Shown here: one piece after another, positions 53,211 to 61,633 of the stretch
Layout: each line of letters begins with the position of its first letter
How positions within the stretch are numbered: position 1 is the first letter of the stretch
NCBI RefSeq assembly: GCF_000142905.1
Contig: NW_013657675.1
Location: 1-64,000, forward strand
Length of the DNA: 64,000 nucleotides
Direction of reading: 5' to 3'
From: Thecamonas trahens ATCC 50062
Taxonomy: Eukaryota > Protista > Apusomonadida
Translations under genes and position numbers: made by a program
The notes under the pieces: generated by a model
The model's input: only the letters and a program-made list of their open reading frames with translations
Told to the model about the DNA's origin: nothing
The model's database searches: none

Positions 53211-55694
53211 TTACAAACTTGGCTCCTTTGCACGGCTCCGCTTCTTCTTCCGCAGCTCGGCATCATATGCCCGGGCGCGCTCGACTCGGGTCTTGGCATC
53301 GCGGGCCTTGGCCGACTCTCGCTCGCGGGCCTGGACCTCGGGGAGCTTGCGGACCATCCGCCGTGTCCGGGCCTGCATCTCGCGCTTGTTGATCTTAGCC
53401 CGCCGAGGCCTCGTCTGGGCACGTGGCGCGGACTGTCGCGACTCGCCTGTGGCGGCGCCTGTAGCGGCGCCCGTAGGCTGCTCGGCGCGGCTCCGCTTGC
53501 GGGCGTCGGCGCGCGACTTGACGGCGGCGGCGCGTGCGGCAGAGCGGGCCTCGAGCTCGGCGCGCTTGGCAGCGGCCCGAGCCTGTGCATCGGGCGAGAG
53601 CGGCGGATCAACAAGATCAAGGGCCTGGGGCTTGGGTGACGCCCGCATGCTGGTAAGCAACAAGTCGAGCACTTGCGAACGCTCCTCCTCCCGGGCTGCG
53701 ACGTCGCGGATGACCGACTCGGACGCCTCGAGGTCGACTCCGCCCAGTGGGATGGTCATGCTCTGGCGAAAGGCGGTAAACTCGTCACGAATCGACGAGG
53801 CCGAAGTTTGCATCTTGGTTGGCGAAGCCACCGGCGAGGCGGGCTGCTCATTGTCACCGTCGCGCCCCGCTGTTGCCGCGTCTTCGGGCGACGGCGACGG
53901 CGAGAGCGGCGTGACCGCAAACGGCGAGGCCATCGTCATTTTCTCGGGCGTATCCATCTTTGGTGACGGTAGCCGCCCGGCTGCGAGCGCGTCCATCACC
54001 GGGTTCCACGCTGGTGAGCCGATCTCGGCCGTCGAGGCCAGGATCTGGACTTTGGACGGCGAGTACGTGAGTGCCTCAGCCGAGACCGCGGGAAGAGCGC
54101 GGACAAGAGTCTCCTGCAGTCGCGCAAGGTGTGATGGCGAGGCCTCGAACCCAGTGTCATCGACGTCGTACGCGGTCTCGCGGACAAAACGGAGCAGGTC
54201 GAGCGGCTTGTGAACTGTACGCGCGTCGGCGTTGTTCGGGTCGGCCGACGGCGAGCCGGCCATGTCGGCACGAACCGCGTCCTCGCGGGCTGTCTTGTAC
54301 GCATCGACTGCGTCGCGCAGATCGGTCTTGATGGGCGAGTCACGCGTCGGCGAACCGAACGCGAGTGCTGGGTCGGGCGCGGGTGTTGGCGTCGGCGAGA
54401 ATGGGCGCGGGAGCTCGACGCCTGGCGCTGCTTCTTGCCAGACGAGCGCACCAAGGGCGTCAACCTTTCCCTGCGGCGGCGAGGCCGATGGCACAAACAT
54501 GTCCTCGAACGCTGCCTCGAGCTCAGCATGCTTTCGCCGCTCGTCAATGTCAGTAACGCCCGAACGGAGCTTGTGCCCACCTTGCGCCACCAGCGAGCGG
54601 GCGCGATTGACGGTAGCGGCCACCTTGCGCTTTCGGTCTTCGCGCTCGGCGGCAACAAGCAGCTCCTCAGTCGCATGGTTGCGCCTCGCGCGGGTCTCCT
54701 TGGCCATGGCTGCGTCGCCGCGGGCACGGGCTCGATCCTCAGCCTTGCTCGCCTCGGCTCGCACGGTCGTGCGCACCCGCTCAGCGGCGTCAAACGCAGT
54801 CTCGCGCGGCCGCGGTGCAACAGCGGGCTTGGCCTCGGGCGGAAGCGTGACATCGGGCACCAGCGGCGCCGCGTTGAACCTCGTCACCGCGTACTTGAGC
54901 GCTGGATCCGGCACTAGCGCTCGCGATGGCTTTCCGGCGAGGATGGCGGCCATTGGGTCGCGCGGAAGGTCTGGGACAACAGCGCCAGCCTCGGCTGCGG
55001 CTACCTCGCGACGGCGGGCCCCTGCTGCGGCTGCGGCTGCCGCCCGCTGCGCTTCGATGTCCTTGACCAACTCCCGCCGCTGCGCCGCAGCACGAGCACG
55101 CGCCGACTGAGCAGCCTTGCTCCCGCGCAGACGCTCAAGCGCCGCCAGGTACCGCTCCTGCTGGGCATCGTACGCCGCCAGTGCGGCCTTGAGCTCGTTG
55201 CCTTCGCGGGCGACGGCGCGGCGGACCTCGAGGGCAGCATTCTGGTGAGCCTTGCCCAGCCGCTGCGAGTGCTGCTCGAGCTCGTCCTCGAGCACCTTTG
55301 CCCGCGCAGCATTGGCCTCGGCAGCCAGAGCCTGTGCGCGGGCCTCGCGATCAGCCCTCAGAAGGGCGGTCTTCTCGGCGTAGGCATCGCGGACGAGCGA
55401 GGCACGGAGAGCCTCCTGAGCACGGACCTGCTGCAAGCGGGCAGCGCGCCACTCTGCGGTTGACTTTGCCACGGCAGCGGCAGCCTCATTTGGCGATGGC
55501 CTCAGATATGCATCACCATCGACCGCCGCCACTGCAGGCGGAGGAGGACCAGCTGCTGCGGCGAGTGCTGCCGATGCCTGGAGCGAGGAGACCAGGGCAT
55601 GGCCAGCCGCTGTCCTTGTCGCCGCCTCCTCTTGCCGCCGTGCAAGGAGGGTGGCCCGTGCTGATGCCAACAGTGCGGCATAGTCGGTAGTCAT
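53211..55694 (-). CDS. CEP295: CEP295/Ana1-like centriolar protein (N-terminal conserved region + C-terminal ALMS motif)
   Basis: LRPSPNE...RAARLQQVRAQE...LGKAHQNA resembles the CEP295 N-terminus (LRLSPNE...LRLLQVREQE...MGEGHRQA, from recall); KINKREMQARTRRMVRKLPEV...RVERARAY fits the ALMS motif. Confidence 0.75.
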   Translation of the reverse strand: MTTDYAALLASARATLLARRQEEAATRTAAGHALVSSLQASAALAAAAGPPPPAVAAVDGDAYLRPSPNEAAAAVAKSTAEWRAARLQQVRAQEALRASLVRDAYAEKTALLRADREARAQALAAEANAARAKVLEDELEQHSQRLGKAHQNAALEVRRAVAREGNELKAALAAYDAQQERYLAALERLRGSKAAQSARARAAAQRRELVKDIEAQRAAAAAAAGARRREVAAAEAGAVVPDLPRDPMAAILAGKPSRALVPDPALKYAVTRFNAAPLVPDVTLPPEAKPAVAPRPRETAFDAAERVRTTVRAEASKAEDRARARGDAAMAKETRARRNHATEELLVAAEREDRKRKVAATVNRARSLVAQGGHKLRSGVTDIDERRKHAELEAAFEDMFVPSASPPQGKVDALGALVWQEAAPGVELPRPFSPTPTPAPDPALAFGSPTRDSPIKTDLRDAVDAYKTAREDAVRADMAGSPSADPNNADARTVHKPLDLLRFVRETAYDVDDTGFEASPSHLARLQETLVRALPAVSAEALTYSPSKVQILASTAEIGSPAWNPVMDALAAGRLPSPKMDTPEKMTMASPFAVTPLSPSPSPEDAATAGRDGDNEQPASPVASPTKMQTSASSIRDEFTAFRQSMTIPLGGVDLEASESVIRDVAAREEERSQVLDLLLTSMRASPKPQALDLVDPPLSPDAQARAAAKRAELEARSAARAAAVKSRADARKRSRAEQPTGAATGAATGESRQSAPRAQTRPRRAKINKREMQARTRRMVRKLPEVQARERESAKARDAKTRVERARAYDAELRKKKRSRAKEPSL

Positions 55695-55861
55695 CGTAAG
55701 GACGTGTGTGCGTGTGTGGAGGGGGGGGAGGAGGGTGGATGGAGGGACGGAAGGAAGGGAAGGGAGGGAGCGGTGGAGCGGTGGTGGTGGTGGTGGTGGT
55801 GGTTGGTTGGCGCCAAGTTGTCAACGACCAGTTCCCTCTGCCAACCAACCCCCCCTCATCC

Positions 55862-56070
55862 ACCCAGCCAACGATTAATCCCCAATCCCAGCCAACGATT
55901 AATCCCCCCAACCAGCCAACGATTAATCCCCACACCCAGCCAACGATTAATCCCCCCAACCAGCCAACGATTAATCCCCCCAACCAGCCAACGATTAATC
56001 CCCAATCCTAGCCATCGATTAATCCTCCCCCAACCAGCCAACGATTAATGGCACCAGTCACCAACGATTA
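55862..56070. repeat. 24-bp tandem repeat (~8 copies) containing the palindrome GATTAATC, in the CEP295/COG3 divergent interval
   Basis: cagccaacgattaatccc at 55865, 55889, 55913 and onward. Confidence 0.95.
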
Positions 56071-56079
56071 CACCCCTCT

Positions 56080-56111
<32 letters not shown>

Positions 56112-56125
56112 ACACACACACACCC

Positions 56126-58288
56126 ATGCAGTCTGTGCGAGCGTGGAACCAGGGACTGCCGCTCTCCCCGAACGAACGCACAGCAGTCAACGACCTCACC
56201 CGCCTGGTTCATGACCGCCCGCTGCCGCTGCCTTCAGCCCGCGCCTCGCCGTCTGCCGACACTGCTGCCACCGGCACCGCCACCGATACCGCCACATCAT
56301 CAACTCTGTCAGAGGTACGCATGCATCATTCCCCCTCCCTGGCCAGCCGGCGACACCCCAGACCGATGACTCACACTCGAAGACGGCCCAGCGAGGAAAG
56401 GACAAGTCGGCGACAGGCATCGACGGCGAGATCCCGGTCTGTGAGTCGTCGCAGCAGTTCTTTGCCTGGTTCGCATCGGTGGCCCACCTGATGGAGGACG
56501 CGTCGTCGGAGGCTCAATCAAGCTACCTCGCCCTGCTCACCGAGCGGGTAGAGGAGAGCAAAGCGCTCCTGGCTGCGCTGGACGATGCCGTCGACCATGT
56601 GGAGCAGGTCCGTGCCCATCACGCCTCGGTCCAGGACTCGTCGGCGGCGCTCCACTCCGAGTGCGAGAGCCTGCTGCGCGAAAAGACCTCACTTGTGGCC
56701 ATGTCGCAGTCGATTGCGGCTCGGCTCAAGTACTTTGATGCTGCCGACGAGGTCTACCGCGTCTTTGACGCGCCCAAGGTCGACGCCTGCTCGCCGCGGT
56801 TTCTGGACGCGCTGCGGACGCTCGACGAGGCGCTTGCCTTTGTCTCGGCCAATCGGGCCTATCGCGACGCTGCATCATACATGCTCCGCTTCCGCTCGCT
56901 CCAGCACCGCGGGCTCGGCATTCTCCGCGACCAGTTTGTGCGAGTTGTCCGCGCCACCACTCGCGGTGTTGCCGCCGGCCTCGCCGACGTCACCCTGCCC
57001 GGCAGCGCTGGGCTCACCAGCGGCGGCGGCGGCGGCGGCGACGGCGAGGCGACCCACACGTCGGAGCTGTATGTTCAGTTCCGGGCCATGGCTCCGCAGC
57101 TCCGCCCACTGGTCGACGAGGTCGAGGCCCGGGTTGCCCGTCCAGAGTACGCCGCGCTACTCGCCTCGCTCCACGAAGCCTACTTTGCTGCGAGGCTCGA
57201 GCTCGTACCGCCGGTGGTAGAGAAGCAGCTGGCGGGCGTACTCGACGAGAACGCGTTGGTGGATTCGGTCCGCTCCGGTGCGCTAGTCATGCTCCGCGTC
57301 GCCTCGCTCGAGTACGCGCTCTTCCAGCGGTTCTTCACCCCACCCTCCGGCGGCCTCGCCTCCGAGTGGTTTGACGCCATGGCCACGCCGCTCTACGACT
57401 GGCTCCGCCCCTGCATCATCCAGCAGTCGTCGCTCGACACCCTCGTCGACGTGGCCGGTGTCCTCAAGCAGGAGGTCATCGAGGGCCACATTGAGTCCAG
57501 TGCCGAGTCGGGCGCCAGCCTCTTCCTCACCACCGCCCGCAGGCTACTTTCCGACGTCCAGGAGCGCCTCTTTTACCGGGCGCAGACCGTCATCCGCGAC
57601 CGCATCGCCGGCTACTCGCCGGCTCCACACGAGATTGCATACCCGCAGCGGCTTGCCCGCTATGAGGCGCTGACCGGCAAGCCCAGCGGCATGCCGCCCG
57701 CCGACGGTGCCACCCCGTATGCCGACTGGTACCCGACGCTGCACGAGACGCTGATGTCGCTGTCCAAGCTCTACCGGTCAGTCGACATCAACATCTTCCA
57801 GGGCCTCGCCCTCGAGTACGTCTCCGAGTGCACCAACTCGCTTGTCTACGCCTCGGGCGTGGTCGGCAAGGCCGCTGGCCCGCAGCACGAGTTTCTCTTT
57901 GTCATCAAGCATCTGCTCATTCTTCGGGAGCAGATCTCGCCGTTCGACGTCGAGTTCCGCATGAAGGAAAAGTCGCTCGACTTTGCCCACCTCTCCTCGT
58001 ACGTCTCGCGCGTCGTCGCCTCGTCGTCCTCGCTCTTCTCTCTCTCGGCGCCAAACGCACTGCTCTCGCTCGTCACCGGAGCTACACCCGAGATCATCGA
58101 GTCGGAGCTCGACGCCAAGCAGGCACTCGAGACCCGCCTCAAGGCCGCCTGCGAAGCCTTTATCATCAACGTCCAGACTCGTGGCCTCGGCCCGCTGATG
58201 GACTTTCTGGAGTCGGTCCGCGCCCGCCTCGCCCCACGCCTCCCGGCTGCCGCCGACGTCGACGCCGTCCTTCGCGGCGACGAGCCCG
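56126..58288 (+). CDS. COG3: Conserved oligomeric Golgi complex subunit 3 (Sec34); 3' end lies in the gap
   Basis: RPLP, QQFFAWF, LHSECESLL, ARLKYF, LYVQFRA, LLSDVQERLFYRAQ, IAYPQRL, WYPTLHETLMSLSKLYR, FVIKHLLILREQISPF. Confidence 0.95.
56315..56382 (+). other. Spliceosomal intron, 68 nt, phase 0, in COG3
   Basis: GTACGC donor, TGACTCAC branch-like motif, AAG acceptor; removal restores the frame into ...ESSQQFFAWF. Confidence 0.8.
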
Positions 58289-59030
58289 NNNNNNNNNNNN
58301 NNNNNNNNNNNNNNNNNNNNNNNNNNNNNNNNNNNNNNNNNNNNNNNNNNNNNNNNNNNNNNNNNNNNNNNNNNNNNNNNNNNNNNNNNNNNNNNNNNNN
58401 NNNNNNNNNNNNNNNNNNNNNNNNNNNNNNNNNNNNNNNNNNNNNNNNNNNNNNNNNNNNNNNNNNNNNNNNNNNNNNNNNNNNNNNNNNNNNNNNNNNN
58501 NNNNNNNNNNNNNNNNNNNNNNNNNNNNNNNNNNNNNNNNNNNNNNNNNNNNNNNNNNNNNNNNNNNNNNNNNNNNNNNNNNNNNNNNNNNNNNNNNNNN
58601 NNNNNNNNNNNNNNNNNNNNNNNNNNNNNNNNNNNNNNNNNNNNNNNNNNNNNNNNNNNNNNNNNNNNNNNNNNNNNNNNNNNNNNNNNNNNNNNNNNNN
58701 NNNNNNNNNNNNNNNNNNNNNNNNNNNNNNNNNNNNNNNNNNNNNNNNNNNNNNNNNNNNNNNNNNNNNNNNNNNNNNNNNNNNNNNNNNNNNNNNNNNN
58801 NNNNNNNNNNNNNNNNNNNNNNNNNNNNNNNNNNNNNNNNNNNNNNNNNNNNNNNNNNNNNNNNNNNNNNNNNNNNNNNNNNNNNNNNNNNNNNNNNNNN
58901 NNNNNNNNNNNNNNNNNNNNNNNNNNNNNNNNNNNNNNNNNNNNNNNNNNNNNNNNNNNNNNNNNNNNNNNNNNNNNNNNNNNNNNNNNNNNNNNNNNNN
59001 NNNNNNNNNNNNNNNNNNNNNNNNNNNNNN
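58289..59030. other. Assembly gap (hides the COG3 and lectin C-termini)
   Basis: N run. Confidence 1.
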
Positions 59031-60169
59031 TCTGTTGTTGATGGTGCAGCCGGAGTCGTGCAAGAGTCGTGCATGCGTCGGACGCGGGTCGGGCGCGGGT
59101 CGGCGAGGAGTCGGCGCGGGGTCGGGCGCCGAGTCGGGCGCGGAGTCGGGCGCGGGGTCGGGCGCGGGGTCGGGCCAGGGGTTGGGCCGGGAGACGGTGG
59201 CGGCGACGGCGGCGGCGGTGACGGCACCGGCGGCGCGATCGGCTGCTCGGGACAAGCACCGGTGTGACCCTGGATGGTAAACTCAAAGGTGCAGTCGTTG
59301 GTCTCGTCGTCTAGGAGGAGAATGGGCGCACCGGGGTTGGGCATGCACTCGACGGTGATGATAGTGGCCCGCTGGGTGCCGTCGGCACACGAGTCGCCAC
59401 CGGTGTACGTCACCGTGTATCCATCGTTGCCCGGAAGCTCGACAATCCGGGCCGAGGCGACGTCACCGAGGCCGCGCATGTGGCCGTGCGAGTCCCATGA
59501 CTGGCACGCCCCAGCATCAACAGACAGGTCGTGGCGCTTGGGGCAGTCAACTGCGCCGCAGACGTTGACCTCAAAGTCATACTGCGAGGCGCCGAGGTAA
59601 GCCGTCACCTCGGCCGACGACGTCAGCAGCGAGTGGAAGTTGTACACCAGGCCGCCGGCAAGTTGCGACGGGAGGTGGGCGTCGCTGCAAGTAGCGGCTG
59701 GCGGCGACGGCGGGCCGTCGGGGCAGGCCTCGGCGGCGGTGAGGGTGAACTCGTACTGGCAGTGCGAGGTCTCGCCACCAAAGACAAGCTCGGGCGTCGT
59801 TGCCGTTGGGTCGCACATGACGTAGACTCGGGTCGAGCGTGCCGTGTTGTCGTGGCACTTGCTCCCACCGCCGTACTGCAGCATGTAGCCCGACCGCGCA
59901 GGCTGCATGGGCTGGGCGTAGACAAGCCTCGACGAGCCGAGCGCAAACTGGATGTCGTCGTGTGCCTGGCAGACTGCCGTGTAGTCGTCGCCGTCGCCGC
60001 ACATGTGCGAGAGCGGATGGCAGACCGAGAGCGTGTAGGTGTACGTGAGGTCCGAGTTGGGGTCGGTCGCCGTCGTTGTGAACGGCGGAATAGACGCCAG
60101 CTTGGACGGGGAGTACCAGAACTCGCCGTGCGCGTCCGAGTCCACAATCTTGGACGGGCAGGTGGCGGT

Positions 60170-60201
<32 letters not shown>

Positions 60202-61567
60202 GCGACGGGCACGCCCCGATGTTGGCCTTGAGTGAGAACAGGTACTCGCAGTGGGCGGTCTCGGCCACAAACGTGAGTACCGGCTCGACCGTCGATGGCG
60301 AGCAATAGACCGCGAGAATCGTCTTGCGAGACGTCCCGTCGTGGCACTGCTCGCCGTTGCTGTACGTGATGCGGTAGCCTGCAGTAGCATCGTCAAAGGC
60401 CTCAAACGAAGCCGACTCGACGGTGCCCAGCGAGAATGCCCGCGAAGCGTCAATATCATACTGGCACACGCCGACCGGCTTCAACTCGTCGCCACCGGCG
60501 CACGTCACCGGCCCGCACACATCGAGGTCAAACATGTAGTGCCCGATCTCCGACGTGGCATGGTACGCCTCCTCACCCGGCAGGTTCAGCAGGTGCGGCT
60601 CGTACACCACGTCCGGGTGGCCCTCGGGCGAAAATGTGGTGCAGTCGGCCGGGAGCGGCGACGGCGATGGCGAGTCGGCTGGACACGCGCCCTCGCCTCC
60701 CGACCGCAGCACCATCTCGTAGTGGCAGTGCGACGTCTCGCCGTCAAACTCGAGCACAGGCGTCCCAGTCACCGACTTGTCACACAGAACCGTGAGGCGG
60801 AACGACCGCGGCGTCCCATCGTGGCACGGCGTGCCGTCGGTGTAAATCGCATTCCATCCGAGGCCACCAGGCACATCGAACCCATACACCGCCGTCGCCG
60901 ACTTGCCCATACCCTTCGACTTTGCAGCATCTGTGTTGACCTGGCAGCCCGCCTGGTTGGTGTCACCTGTCGCATATGCAGCCGCCGAGTGCTTGAGTGA
61001 GTCATGCGGACTGGGGTGGCTACCGCTGTGGGTAGTTGTGCGCCGAGTGGCTGTGTCTGGGTGGCTGTGTCTGGGTGGCTGTGTCTGGGTGGCTGCGGGC
61101 GCATGCGCCCGGGCAGACTGCCACTCGCAGAGACCGCGTGCTTCCATGGGCGACTACCGCCCCCCCCCTCCCCCCCCTCCCCCCCACCACCCCCTCCCCC
61201 CCCACCACCCCCACCACCCCCACCACCCCCACACACCCACCCTCTCCCCATCCTTCTCCTTGCTCTGCCACCCCCTTCCCTCCCTCCTCCCCACCCCCAC
61301 CCCCACCCCCCTTCCCCCTCCCCTCATGTAAAGATGGCCAGGTCGCGTACCGCCGCAGCTTGCAATGGTGTCACATGGGTCAACCTTGTAGGTGTAGGTG
61401 GAAGAGCCATCGTTCCACTGGGTGGTAAACGGGCCAAGCGAAGCAAGTGCGTTCACATGGTACAGCTCATCTCCGTCTTGGAGCGTCGCCGGACATGTCG
61501 CTGCTTGCGTAGCAACCATGACGCTGGCAAGCGCCACGACGGCAAGCACCACCGTGGACGTCGTCAT
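59031..61567 (-). CDS. Signal-peptide protein with four tandem MRH (mannose-6-phosphate receptor homology) domains and a Pro-rich stalk; C-terminus in gap
   Basis: Signal MTTSTVVLAVVALASVMVATQA; four ~150-aa repeats with the pattern C...VC..C..CQ...LG...Y..G..C....R.....C......E...C.Y......ACP. Confidence 0.88.
60967..61350 (-). other. Spliceosomal intron, 384 nt, phase 1, containing G-rich and ccagacacagccac repeats
   Basis: GTACGC donor, TGACTCAC branch-like motif, CAG acceptor; removal joins IASCG to GDTNQAGCQ and completes MRH domain 1. Confidence 0.85.
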
Positions 61568-61633
61568 TGGTAAAAAGCGAGTCGGGTGTGCCCACCTCGT
61601 CCTTCCGCCGCTCACGCCCACTACTGTGCTCAT

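Noticed and set aside
26960-61567. Functional clusters (lysosomal: acid phosphatase, HPS1, COG3, MRH lectin; ADP-ribose/defence: HELZ2-like, Deltex, PNKP)
   Set aside because: The genes are interspersed with unrelated housekeeping genes; nothing beyond chance co-location is shown.
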